DNA of 64,000 nucleotides, taken from the NCBI GenBank assembly GCA_951406725.2, contig OX597816.1, forward strand, positions 32,798,001 to 32,862,000, read 5' to 3'. The position numbers were made by a program, and so were the translations under genes. This DNA is from Octopus vulgaris (Eukaryota). This document shows positions 30,111-44,166 of this stretch, piece after piece. Numbering within the stretch: the first letter of the stretch is position 1; each line of letters starts with the position of its first letter. The notes under the pieces were generated by a model. The model was not told the origin of the DNA and searched no databases. It saw only the letters and a program-made list of their open reading frames with translations.

Positions 30111-30815
30111 ATATTTGAATTTTGCTTTGCATTTGTACAACTTCGCTCCAAGTCTCACCCAGAGACCTCTAGTTGGTATTATGCCTAGGTCTCATATATT
30201 TGGTTTGCACATAGCGAGGTTCAAGAAAATGTTTAAGTAAACAAGAAAATTGTAAGTTTGTTTTAAAATTTGTGATTACATAGACAGGATTTTACGTTGG
30301 ATATGGGCAGTTTCCATGAAGACTATCTTTTGAATTTCCTCCATTTTGGCATTTCCTGGTCTTTGAGCTAGGTAGGAATCAACCCCTTTCGGTATCATTC
30401 CCAGGGTACCTTTGAAAACAGGTAATATTTTAGTGTTGATGTTCCAGAGGAGTGAGATGTCATCATTTTCAATCACCAGAGGTGGTTTGAGTTCTCACCG
30501 TTTCTTTTATCATGGGCCCGGTCTAGTTGTTTGAAATTACCCAGTGAATACACTGTGGTGCTCTATCAGGCCTGTTTAGATACTCTGTAGGTGCAAAAGA
30601 ATATGTACATAGAGACAACATAATCAATGGTTTCATTTTGTTATTTACATGCACGACATGATGGGCTACAGCCGTTCTTTCGTATGGTGGCCTGCTAGTT
30701 CCTTCATCTTAGGATGCTATCATTAACCCTTCTGCTTCTGATTTTAAGCCAGAAGACACTAAACGTTTATGGGTAAGGGCTTTGTGAACATCGGCATTAT
30801 TAGCTCTCTGCTGGT
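29961..30815 (-). mobile_element. R4/Dong-type fragments (3' UTR 29961-30062; internally deleted copy 30110-30815)
   Basis: GLKSEAEGLMIAS, CRAC..NETIDYVVS (CCHC knuckle region), IENDDISLLWN, LGMIPKG..EIQKIVFMETAHIQRKILSM. Confidence 0.85.
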
Positions 30816-30851
30816 TCTAAATAATTATTATCATTATTATTATTATTATTA

Positions 30852-31183
<332 letters not shown>

Positions 31184-31444
31184 ATTGCTGTCGTTGTTGT
31201 TGTTATTATTATTATCATTATTAGCATCTTCTTTCAACTGTTTCCATTTCTTACCAGATGCCTTCCTGACACCTAAAACAAAGAAACATAATGTGTACAT
31301 TGGTAGGCTAGTTAAATATACAGAAAAGATTGTTCATTTACAAAGTCATGTGATAGAGAAAAGGAGAAAAGAGAGAGAAAAGAGAAAAACGAAAATTTAA
31401 AAATAAAATCAATAAAATAAAGAGAGAAGAAAGGAAAAGATTAT

Positions 31445-31645
31445 TTACATAGACGATGTTGTTCTGAATACATGTAACGTAGCAGTTAAGACGATCTTTT
31501 GCACTTCTTGCAAGGATGGTAAGCCAGGGATCATTCTTAAATAATTTTCAGTTCCTTTTTTATCATTATAAGTGTTCCTACAATCACTAATACTGTAACG
31601 TTCTTGAAATGCCACATCTCTTCGATTTCGATTAGCAGACGCTTG
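31445..31645 (-). mobile_element. R4/Dong-type RLE fragment, further subfamily
   Basis: IEIEEMWHFKNVTVLVIVGTL...LQEVQKIVLTATLHVFRTTSSM. Confidence 0.75.
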
Positions 31646-31649
31646 GTGT

Positions 31650-31970
31650 TGTGGTCTTGTGAAGATGTTCTTTCACTGACAGGAAACTGACGTTTAGTCG
31701 ATCCAACATGTTTATCCCCGCAAGTATAGGTCATTTCGTATGTTACATTCGTTTGAAAGCATAGCCTGGTGATATCCGTTGGCTGGTTGGCTCTGATGAG
31801 ACGTTGTTTCATACAGCATTTGTCCTGTATGTTGTTGTGAGAGAGATAGTATTTGAAGGTGTGGCCTCGCCTCACGTTTCTGATAGGGAAGCCAGACATT
31901 CTGACGATGTTCCCTAGTTTGTTTTTAAACCTTTCTCCGTAGTACGGAAGGTTGATATAAGACCATCTAA
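31650..31970 (-). mobile_element. Penelope-like element GIY-YIG fragment, inverted relative to the adjacent RT
   Basis: INLPYYGERF...LCFQTNVTYEMTYTCGDKHVGSTKRQF matches the PLE linker plus VVY..C..C..YIG.T.R. Confidence 0.8.
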
Positions 31971-32029
31971 TACACTTCCGCTTCTCTCTCTCTCTTTCAC
32001 TCTCTCCATTTCTCTCTCTCTCTCTTTCA

Positions 32030-33655
32030 CCTGATTAACAACACGCACCAACCAGAGCGATAACAAGGCCAAACAATGTTCACCGACCTAACCGGAACTC
32101 TGACCCTAGAGGAAAAGTGTATAATGTGAAGAGGTTCCGAGAATGCTGTCACCCGAAATCTCCTGGAACACACCATCATTACATCTCTCTCCAGAATGAC
32201 TTACGCGCTAGTATAGACACAGAAGCTCAACGGAGACCAACACAGAGACCGTGACGAAGCTATCAGAGGCCCCTATGAAGAAGAGTTCGACATACCACCA
32301 CTCGCAAACTACCACTTCGAGGACAGGGTCAGTTGGCGATGACACGACCTCCTGAAGGCTCCTTTCTCCCTCACGATCTCCTGAAAGCCTCTCTGTATAT
32401 CTCTTTGTCTACCGCTCCGTAACATGACACCCAACGAGTTTTCCATATTCGACTCCCTAAATGAGAAAATCTACTCATTCCTAACCTTGGATAAAGGCAG
32501 AGAATTATTTGTGATCGACACGGAAACATAAGACGAAGCTCTTTTGTCCTATCTTTCTCAGGGTGATAACCACACCTCATTCGAACACACAACTGCGAAT
32601 AGAATTACGAGCAGGGTCGACAATCAATGCAATGGCCTATTGAAGAACATATCTGGAAGCATGAATTTCAACAGGCACATATATATTGAAACTTCCTAGC
32701 ACTCAATCCCTCCATACTACCGTTCTATTACCTAATAAAAATGCACAAGGAAGCTAGTGATCTGAGTAAACTCAAAGTACACCTGATTGTCGTCAGCACA
32801 AAATTCCCACTCTGGAAGATGGAATTGATTGTACCATGGTTCCTGAAGCCACTGTTGGCACACATACAAGCACACCTTGAGAATAGCTGGCAACTCATCA
32901 AGCTACTTAATCTACCGCCATGTACCGTCGCGGACAACAACTACGCCTTCAGTCTAAACTTACGTTCTAGGTACACCAGCATACCACCGGTTGAGTGCAT
33001 ACTAACAATCCAAAAATGACTACAGCGAGGCCAAAAGCTGGTCACAGACTTCTCACTTACAGATCTCAAATCCATTCGGGATTTCTGCACATACTTCCGG
33101 TATTTCCTTATTAAACAACAAGGGGCTAAACATAGAGGGGACAAACAAGGACAGGCATAGGAATTAAGTCGATTACATCGACCCCAGTGCGTAACTAGTA
33201 ATTAATTTATCGACCCCGAAAGGATGAAAGACAAAGTCGACCTCGGTGGATTTTGAACTCACAACGTAACAGCAGACGAAATACCGGTAAGTATTTCGCC
33301 CGGCGTGCTAACGTCTCTGCCAGCTCGCCGCATATACCAACAATGCAGCGGCCTTCCAATGGGATCTAGATTCAGTGGTATCCTGGTCACCCTTTGCCTG
33401 GACATACTGGAGCACCAAGCACTCCACGCAGGACATTACATTGCCTTTTACCGGAGATACGTCGATGATGCCTTCATCTTAAACAAATTCATAATCCAGA
33501 ATATCTTTAACAATCTTGACAACAACATTCAGTTTGACATTGAACACCCAGCTTCAACTGGCTTGTTGAGCGTCTTGGACATCAACGGATCCTTCACATC
33601 GGGACATGCCAGAATCTGCTTCTTCGAGAAAGAGACGAGTGAGGACTGGTGTTAA
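32030..33655 (+). mobile_element. Penelope-like element RT pseudogene interrupted by a SINE
   Basis: FYYLIKMHK, FSLNLRSRYTSIP, YQQCSGLPMGSRFSGIL, YRRYVDD and IQFDIEHP..LSVLD are PLE RT motifs in order. Confidence 0.9.
33101..33331 (-). mobile_element. Family-B SINE inserted in the PLE RT
   Basis: Full-length reverse complement of 56744-56981. Confidence 0.92.
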
Positions 33656-34162
33656 TTAATTCAATTTTACCTAAAATCATCAATTACAATGGGAATAAGA
33701 TTTAGATTTATTGTAGATTCTACCAAAGTGTTTCTTTAAACGGGGGACCTTTTCTCGTTTATGATCGTTTATGATTGCAACGTAATTTGCGTACAAGACA
33801 TTGTTATTTAAAGTAAATTCTTTGTTGTCACGTTTTTTAATTGCATATGAAGTCGGTAACAACTCATTATTTCCAGCAGATTTTATAATTTAATGTTGGA
33901 AGATTTAAAAATTTACATATCTGGCAGAATTGCTAAGGTGGTTGACAGTAAGATTTATGTATTGGTCTTGGAATCTGCATTCTGAGTTTACATTCTGCTA
34001 AGATGACATTTGTCTTTCATCTTTTCAGGAGTAAATAAATACCGTACGTAACTCTCGCCCGTTCTCACTCCCACCTCTCCCTCTCTCTACTATCTATCTA
34101 TCTCTTCTTTTTTCTTTATGAATTATACTATGCCCATGACACATTTAACACTGATTTTAACA

Positions 34163-34506
34163 GAATAAAATTAAACAGAATTAAATTTCCAGTGGAAGAG
34201 GTAGCAGTTTAACACCTGTATTCCATGAACTAAAGTTCAGCTTCCCCAACAGGAGTCGAAATTTAAATCAATAGTTGGTTCCGTGAATAAAATTAAACAG
34301 AATTAAATTTCCAGTGGAAGAGGTAGCAGTTTAACACCTGTATTCCATGAACTAAAGTTCAGCTTCCCCAACAGGAGTTTGCTCACCAACGGGAAAAATG
34401 GAAACTTCTCGTCTGAAAATGAGTAGGGGCTAAGCCACTATGGTATAGGGATGACTTACGATTTTGTAAATTGCATTCGAAATTTAAATCAATAGTTGGT
34501 TCCGTG
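34163..34506. repeat. Local duplication A-B-A-C-B (A 94 bp, B 30 bp, exact copies)
   Basis: A at 34163-34256 and 34285-34378; B at 34256-34285 and 34477-34506. Confidence 0.93.
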
Positions 34507-35188
34507 GACCCTGGGTGGTGGGGGACATGTAAATGAGTTACGCAAGTATTTCCCATGTTACGATAATTGTATGTATTTACAATGAAGTATTTAGTTGAAT
34601 CAACGGTATACAAGCTAAATGAAAGAGGGTTTAGGACAAAATTTATGGCTGAACAATGCGGTAAAATGTCTTTCAATTAAATTCAAGAAAAAACAAAGCG
34701 AACTTGTTTGGCGATGACAGGTAAATTTAACGGGTGTTTGTAACAATCAATATATTTCTGTTATTTCTTGGCTAAGAAATCTCGAAACGATTGGTCAAAA
34801 CGTTGATAACGTCATGTTCCACTGGACTGGCCACCTAACAGGTGATATAAAACCCAAACAATTCACAAGGTTCGCCAGAACTGTCCAGCGGACATCGACC
34901 AAAGGTCATCACAGTTGCTCAAGGTAAAATCTAAAATGAATTCCTCGCTCTTTCAAGGACATCATTTTTTTATATTGAGTGCGTGCATTATTGTGTGTTT
35001 GTATGTACGTATTCATATGCGTACCAGTGTGCGTATATGTTAAATAAAGTAATTAAAAATGCCTAGTCAATGCGGTAAGTTGCATAAAATAATTGTTATA
35101 TAACAGTCTGTATTCAAAAGCGTTACTCTGAATTTTGCGCTGCCTAGTATATTAGGTGATTGACTTAGAGAGTTATTGGCGCTTATAC

Positions 35189-35273
<85 letters not shown>

Positions 35274-35357
35274 ACAATGAGAGAGAGGGAGAAAATAAGA
35301 GAGTGAAGCAGACAAAAACACACGGTCTTGATAGCATGATATATATACCATTTATTG

Positions 35358-35428
<71 letters not shown>

Positions 35429-35943
35429 CAAATCTGTTTTTGAAAATGGACCTGAATTTGAAAAAAAACTGCAGTTGTTTTTAAATAATGTATTTACATA
35501 TATACCGAACTGGTTTAATTTTTTGTTTTGTATCAACTGTACAAATGTATATAAATGAATGGGTTTTTAACAGAACTTAAAATTACGAAGTAGAAAATAA
35601 TTTACAACGATTGAATATTCATATAATTCAATGACGGGTAGATTAAATAAAAAACGAACTGCGAAGAATATATTAAATGTAGTTTACTAGAAGTTCTGTT
35701 ACATTGAGTTATTATAGAATACGTGGTCAACAGAGAGAAAGAGGAAAAGAAGAGAGGGAAGGATTGTTTTTTTTTACAGTTTCTCCTCGTCTCGTGTGTA
35801 GTTCTTTTTACCGACGCATTCAGGTCTTACCGCTTTTAATGGAGTGTTTTGGAATCAGAGAATATCATGTGTGTGTGTGAGTAGATACATATAATTTTGA
35901 TGACGTATTATTTTTTCTGGTAGATAATTTTGGTCACAATAAT

Positions 35944-36168
<225 letters not shown>

Positions 36169-36379
36169 GAAGATTTTGTTTTGACATTAGTGTTTCGGTT
36201 CGTTGTTCTGTTGGTTGGTTGGTTCCCTGTAAATAGGAACAGGATTTGATTGGTCATAGCCTTTGTGTCGTCAATTTCTTTTGATAAAGAACCAGTTTTA
36301 TGTTTTGCTCAAGGTGTGGCGATGCCCTTAAGGAGTAATTGTTTCTTTTTTCTTTCCTGATCGGGGGTAGAATTTAATT

Positions 36380-37530
36380 GGTCTAGTGTGGAATGATAGA
36401 AAGTGTATAGCGTATAGTCATTTGGAGTTGCGGTTTCGAAACTCAGGAAGAAGTTTTCAAATTATGCTTGTTGTATGTGGTTGTCTTATTGCTTTTATTT
36501 TTTGAGAAACTGAGTATGTTCTTCTTTCTAATGTGTTATTAAAGGATGTAGTATTGCGGATATTTTTCATGAGCATGCTTTCCTTATTCCATCGGAATTG
36601 GTTTGAAGTGATTCCGGTGCTTGGCAAGACAGAGAGATTGATAGAGAGGGAATATTTGATATTTCTGGTTCATACCCTGCAGGGCATTGATCTAGGTGTT
36701 TGCTTACGGGATTTTCGCTGGCCGTGAGGGTTCCAGATTTGTTGCCTGTGTACCATCAGTCTGTCTCTCGAAGTCAAACTAATGTGACCTATGTAGTGTC
36801 CATCACATCCACCACATTGAGGACATACTTTAAGTTCCTCGATGAAAACGTGAAGTGATTTTTTGCGGTGAAAATTTGACCTGACTGAAATTTATATGTT
36901 GAGCACCCCTCCCAAAAATTTGATGCGATTAGCGTGGTTGAATTTTTTTGAAAAGTGGGGTATTTTAGGTGGGTAATTTAATGCGGGTGAGTAACCTTTT
37001 TATTGTTTGCGTTTGTCTCTTGCTTTTAATAATCCTGTGTTTCCAGTGCTTTTTTCACTCACAGGTCGTTCATAAGCTGGAGTATGTTTTCATGAATAAT
37101 GTTGTATGCTTTTATGTTCCTAGGATCGTGTGGTGATACGTAAGAAAATGCTTTAAAAATGTCATGTGGTATTTCCTGTTTTCCGTAACAATTGAATGTC
37201 TATCGTTTTTTGAACGTTCTATTCCGTATTTTTTTTCTATTAAAGTAGCCAGATTTTTTTCTTTCTATCAATGTATTTTTGAGTTCCTGGAATCGTTTAT
37301 CTCGGGTTTCGGGATTAGCTGCAACTGTGAAAATTGCCAATTTAAAAGGTACATTGATTTTAGTATGTTATGAGTGGCAGGAAGCGAATAGAAGATTTTT
37401 GTTTTTTGAGTACCTTGGTTTAAAGTAGATGTCGGTTTCAATTTTGGCATCTCTTTTTATGATTAAACTGACCAGAAATGGTAGCTATTTGCGGTTGTAT
37501 TCCATTGTAGATTTGATAATGTGGTTAATG
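36380..37530 (-). mobile_element. Penelope-like (Neptune-type) element 3' half with GIY-YIG, decayed
   Basis: YVSPHDPRNIKAYNIIHEN, TIKRLLTRIKL, FTFSSRNLKYVL / CGGCDGHYIGHISLTSRDRLMVHRQQI. Confidence 0.85.
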
Positions 37531-37585
37531 CATAAGCAGGTAGTGACTTAAACTCACACACACACACTCACACACACACACACAT

Positions 37586-37684
<99 letters not shown>

Positions 37685-39484
37685 CATATTTATCCCTATA
37701 TATATATTTACATGTATACCATATATATATGCATTTATATTGTATGTATCAAGACCAATCACGTTTACCAGCACCACTATCCAAATATCCGATCACCAGG
37801 ATTTCTATTATGGGCATGTGTTTTTGTGCATACGTGTGTGTCTGTGTGTATGTGTGTGCTTCAGTGATGTATGTGTGAGTTTTTTTGAACAAAAATATGT
37901 TGCCCATATCCTGACGTTAGTTGTTCGTTTAAGTAGCCATCTGCTTATTATTTGCTACCAGTTGGTTCACATATTTTGAATTCTAATGGAATATTGTAAA
38001 CCTGCTGTCAACAACGTAATTACAGAACGGCAGCCGAAAACTATGCTTACTACCTGTATTTGAACAGGACATCAGGTTTGTATTTATATTTTTTGATGTA
38101 TTATTTCTTCGTATTGAAAAGAAATGTTGCAATACTACTTATTCAGTTTGGGTTTTGAAGAAACTTCAGCTAAATTACGCCATCGCTACTTCTAAGTATG
38201 AACAACAGAAAAAAAAAACTTAGCTTCCTTTGACACGATGTAGTTTTATTAAAACCAAAGGAAACCGCTGTATTTCAAAAATATTGTCACTTCAACCGAA
38301 TTTTGAGATAACAATATTCTTTGATCATTCAGTAATTCAATTTAAGCTATTTAACTTTGCAGATTTAAATAATATCCTATTTTCAATCAACAATTTATTT
38401 GTCTACCATTACAACACTTTATTGACAACACATTAACAATATCAGGTTCTTTTTTTTTTTATCAATTACTAAATAATAATGTAACATAGCGGCAGCATCA
38501 CATTTATATCGCCTCTCTTACAAGTACCGCCATAATTTTTTCTGAATACAAACAATAACATTAAAAGCTTGTCGTCAGTAAGTTTGTGCAAACATAAAAA
38601 TTATATTGTTTCTTCTCAATCTCGCTGTAAATGTTGTGTTATAAATTATTTCGAAGTCTAACAACATGGAAACAAATTTCTATAATCAAAATCACTCTTT
38701 GATCTACCAATGGATGGAAATATCGTTGTGAACTTCTATCGTCTTATGTTTCGTAGACTTCCACTCTGACATTAAAAACCTATCAAATTCCAGTTAAAAT
38801 GATACAAATAGAGTCACTGACTTCCATGATTTTTTTTGTTTTTATTTTGTTTTATATTTGTTTTATATTTGTTGTATTTTACGTTTCGTTACTAGAACGT
38901 AAATAACATATTTTTGTAGATTTAGAACATCCTTAATTTCCGAACGAACCATAGTGATCGTCGTTTCGTTTCCAGTGCGCTCCGTCTAATAACATATCCT
39001 GAATGTGAATCACCTTTTGCGAATTAAATTGAATGGCAGAAAACGGGAATCAAGCATCAAAGTCCGTCAATTTTCGAACGTGTTACACATAATTCACATC
39101 AGATTTACACTACCATCAGATGCTTTCCTTCCTCTGTGCAAACACCCATGTCAGTTCCTGGGAAGGAATATACCATCACCTCTCTCTCAAACTATCTGCA
39201 AAGTAATGCTTCACTGAGCCAGTACTCAATAATAAAGAAAAGACAATTACGTGATTACACTACCTGGCATATATATTTTACAGAAGTTCATTATATCAAA
39301 CCGTAACGTATTTAAAGTGAAGACTATGTTGGAATATTCTGTCCCTTTTTAGACCTAAATAGAACGTATAGAATAGGCAGGGCTTCACTGAGTGTGATCT
39401 TACTGTATGTTGATAAACATGCAAGTATAAATATATATAAGTAGCATATGCATACGTTTAAGGGCATTATATATTTATGTACAC

Positions 39485-39960
39485 ACTAACACACTGCATG
39501 GACGGGCCATCGGCGACTAAACCGGAAACCCCACCAAGCTTGCTTGGTGAGGAGGGTGTTTATTGGACACCCTGCGGGATGAAAAACAAAACCCGTCAAA
39601 TGGCGGAGGAACTCTTGAGAGTCAACGGCCATCCAATAAATGTACCCCTTCCTGGGGAAGGGTAAGGGAGTAAACCCCGACAGAAAATCCGGAGCTGGAG
39701 TCCCTAAGGAGGCCTGACACAACACGTCATCACTGGCAACTCCTGCGACGCATCTGGTACCAAGCTGTATCGACCCGTCGTTCCCTTTGAGTTACCAGCT
39801 GCGTGGAGGGGGGGAGTTATCAAACCGCATGAGCAACAGCTGATCCCTCATATAAACCTGCCCAGGCCTTGTGGCTCAACAGAAGAGGAAGTGCAGGTAA
39901 ACCCACCACCTTTTCCGAGCTACACCATCGTCTCTCGAGACGGTCGGATGCCGACGAACA
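39485..39960 (+). mobile_element. RTE-type LINE 5' UTR-like GC-rich segment
   Basis: gtaaaccccgacagaaaatccggagctggagtccctaagg...ctcctgcgacgcatctggtaccaagctgtatcgacc; the second half is homologous to the family-C SINE body. Confidence 0.6.
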
Positions 39961-40439
39961 CACAAACATATAGATATAGATATACGCATACGCACACACT
40001 CACACAAACGCACACACATACGTGTGTGTGTGTTTGTATTCCTTTGATTTTCCGTTTATATACATCATAACTAATCTCACTCCTCAGCATGAATATATGG
40101 GTTATATTTTCGATTTATGTATGTCTACAATAATTATCACATATCGTAACTGGAAACCAATTCTGAATTCAACTTTCACTGTTGATTTTGGAGATATAAC
40201 CATACTTGCTAAGCATTTTAGTAAACAATAAGAAGATATCCGTTCTATTGAAGTCTCCCTTCGAGTATCCGTTTCTCAACTTCTGTGTATATAAACAGTA
40301 TAATCCACAAATGAAACTCTTTGCTTTTCGCATGATCAAACGTCAACAATCCGTATAATTTAATGACCGTGTAGCTACCAGGAACACGAACAATGTATTT
40401 ATATTTTCGATTGGTATAATTTTCTGCTACCTCTTCACT

Positions 40440-41700
40440 TAAGCAGTCTTTGCTCAATTGATAGAATGTCAGTCTACATTCCAGATAGTATTCGTTCGAG
40501 CTCTCATTTATTCGCAGTTAACATTACACTGCTGTTACCATTGCCTTTTATGCCTCCGGGGTTCCGAAAATAAGGTAATGACTAAGTACTTTCTCGGTGG
40601 CAACGGCGAACACCCAAGCCCCCAAACTTACTACCATTGTATCCAAAGCAGAATCGATTATCTATTATCTTCAATTCATTCATCTACAAACAAGGTGGGA
40701 CATTACCTTAAAGGATTTACTCAAACTTATAAACTCCAGTAGCTATTTTTAAGCCTGGAATTTGATATATCACCATCATTTTCCCGAAGCACTAATTTAT
40801 GCGCATATACACAAACTAGTACAGGTTATCAATATAGCGATAACAACAGCATGAACACAGACAACCACACACACACAAATTATAAATTCCGGCTTTGCCG
40901 GGTCTAGTGATAGTGTTCGTTGTTCGTTGCCGGGTCGCAGTAGAAATTCCTCACTAAATCAAGATCTAAGTCTCGTGTCACATTTCAGCCCGGGCCAGTT
41001 TCGTTTTTTATGGAGCTTTTTATGAGAGTAATTAATATTCATTGGACATCGGTTTTCACACCTGGAACGGCATAATCATTGAAAATTAGCGGGATTGTGC
41101 ACATGCCACTAGTCGGACAAAAATGGAGGCAGAAGAAAGCGAAAAACTCGAAATTGGCCTCAAAATATCTTATGGGAAGAAGGGGTTGGTTTATCGACTT
41201 TTTAATGGCTTTCTAGAGAGACTGCAGAAATGAAAAGACTTTCATGACCACCCTTAGAAGTTTTGGAAGCCCATAGAAAATGCGACCCTTTTACGAGAAA
41301 AATTGTGGATTTGTATAAAGGACACACAGACAGACAGACACACAGAAACACAAACATTTTGCCGTTTATAGATACATATATTAAGGCGGCTACTCACAAC
41401 TTAAAATCAAAAGACTCAAATACGTTCGTCGCTAATGTAACTAAATGTGCCGCTCATCACCAACATTGCTAGTTACGGTTGTACATGTACTTTTTGTTTT
41501 TAAATTGCTACTAGCCAGCTTGGAAATATATCATTTTCCCTTCACCATTTTTGCTGAATGAACCACTGATTCCTATAATATTTTCTATAAACTGACAAGG
41601 TTTAATTCTTGGCAACGGATTAAGTGTCACTGATGAAAATTAATCATATTGAAAATCATCGACAATCTGACACTAATGCTTACTACAGTAGGGTTTTAAC
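40440..41700 (+). mobile_element. Decayed PLE GIY-YIG end with pLTR, interrupted by a Helitron-like element
   Basis: ALIYSQL..KYFLGG..QTYYHCIQS..SSTNKVGHYL (40458-40742), NVTKCAAHH (~41435), then a degenerate hammerhead at 41623-41674. Confidence 0.45.
40880..41380 (+). mobile_element. Non-autonomous Helitron/Helentron-like (HINE/DINE-type) element
   Basis: 5' mini-hairpin ccggctttgccgg; 3' (ACAG)n tract then tgccgtttata, the same end structure as 53770-54152. Confidence 0.6.
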
Positions 41701-41844
41701 CCTTGTTAGTCACTAGATAGTGCCTTGTCTGTGGCTAACAGATGTGTTAAACTCTTATTTCTAGCAATGCTGGGCATGACTTTCATTCTTAGTTACTTGA
41801 GTGACGATTGTGCTTGTGCCTTTTGGTTTGAAATTGCGACCCTG

Positions 41845-42038
<194 letters not shown>

Positions 42039-44166
42039 CATATCGGAAGGCCTTCTTTCAATCCGTGTCTAACATATCAATTCACAAGATGGTGGTCGAT
42101 AGCCCAATATATTTAAACAATTCCATCGCATCTACTCATAATGAAATAGGCTCTCCAAAGAAGCAAGAAAGAAACAAGACAGTGTCTGCAAATAGACACC
42201 CCACAAAATATATCTCGCACAAACTCACACATTCTTTCAGACCTACTTATTGTATCTTAATCCTACGTTTTTTTTTACCATTTTCACCAACATTTCAGAT
42301 TATAAATTTCTTCTTGTGTAATTATGAATATCTCCGACACGTTCACCCACACATTAACTATCATAACATTTACAACACAGATATATTAAGTCTGCATTCT
42401 CTTGAAGATGATGGTAGGTAGTTACATGTAGAAACAATATTTTTAAGGCTCGGAAATATCTTTATAGAGTAGTTTACATTGAATCAGAATACAAAATGTA
42501 TGAACATGGGTACCTAATCCGAACTATCTATACACACAGAGAATCGCACTCAGAAACCATGCATTTGCATATGTATATGCACATGCACACTCACACACGT
42601 ACAAGAATTATATAAGTGTATGTATTTTAGACAATGATGTATATTTGTGGTTGTGTAATTTCTTGTTTTATTTTGCGGTTAGCGGACGTCATACCAGTGA
42701 CTAAATCTCTATTCAAAAATTTCCTTTTCTCTTTTGTTATTAAAATGTATTCAAATTGCGACGGAACATTCAATTGATTACCAGAATGTAACCTCAGAAA
42801 AGTCGCCACCATATGTCAACAGAAAACAATGGAATGCCAGTGAGGAGATATTCGTATGTGAAAGAAAATATATATTACAGGATATCAAAAATATTTCACA
42901 GTTAGTTTCTGTTTACAAGAATATTGTTATAAAGATAGTTACCAATACTGTATGCGTTTTATACCCTTTTAAATATCATATCCCGTTTATTCAATTCGCT
43001 GAATCAACTAATCCAATATTTTATGTATTTGTTCCCTTTTCAAAGCCTATCCTATCATTATCTGTTCCAACCATTTATCACTAAATGTTATCATGTGCTT
43101 GAACTCACTTATCTGTAAATGTTAACATGTGCATCGTGATTTTATTTCTGATAACTTAATGCTTCTGCTTTCTATACTTTTTAGGAAAGATTTCTTTGAA
43201 TGAAATGTGAACAAACTTTGCATGCAGAATACCGAAAATCCGAAGAAAGGCATATTTCTATATTTTTAATACGTCTTGAAAGTTTGAAACAGATATATGA
43301 TCGCGGACGTTATTCCTCATCGAAGAACCCTTCCCTTCTGAGGATGTGCGTCGATAACCCACGTGGTTCACTGGTGTAAGGGGATTTAGAGAGAGTGCAG
43401 TGTTTCGAACTTCTGTGCCTCTGCACAACGCTATACTTTAGGACCGATAGATCTGCCAAGAACAAGAGTTCTTGTTTATAGAATTCATGAATGCTGATGT
43501 TTGCCGAACAGAGAGTAAATTGATATGGTGTACTCAGATCAACAAGAATCAAAATAATAACGAATCATTTCATCCTGAATATCTTCTGACAGATTCGACC
43601 ATGAATATCTCATCGCTGTTGTTTTCCCTCATTGGAGTTCAAGTCCTGCCAATAATTCCCGTCAGGATAAAATTCAAATTAAACATCAACAGCATTTGAA
43701 CACGGAATATATAATGTCAGAATAAATGGACGGAAAACATTTTACTGGAGATTTGTTTTCGCACAGCTGCCTACGAAATTGTTGTAATATTTACAATCGA
43801 GTACGACTAGCTACTGTTGCTATTTCCGTTTCTCTTGAACGTTTTATTGCCATTTGTGCTGTCGATGAATTCTGGACGACGTATTTGCGTATTTAGTTTC
43901 TTTTCATCAACTAATGTTTCATTATACTGTTCAGTTATATTGTTTCTGTTATATATTTACTTGTATATTTTGATTTTAAGATTTTTCAAAGTCGTAAACG
44001 TGATTTGTCATTTGGTGCTATTATGTGCTAGCAGTTTTGGATGTGGGAATGCAATATGCGTAAAGAAAGCTGCTAAAGCTAGCGAAAAAATATCCATTGT
44101 ATCAAGTTGTTTGCCATATTCTAAAAATGGAAAACCTCTGGGAATGCTCATGAAAATTTCACAGTA

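Noticed and set aside
33660-34940. Possible additional minus-strand PLE relic
   Set aside because: Only faint motif resemblance; not enough to call.
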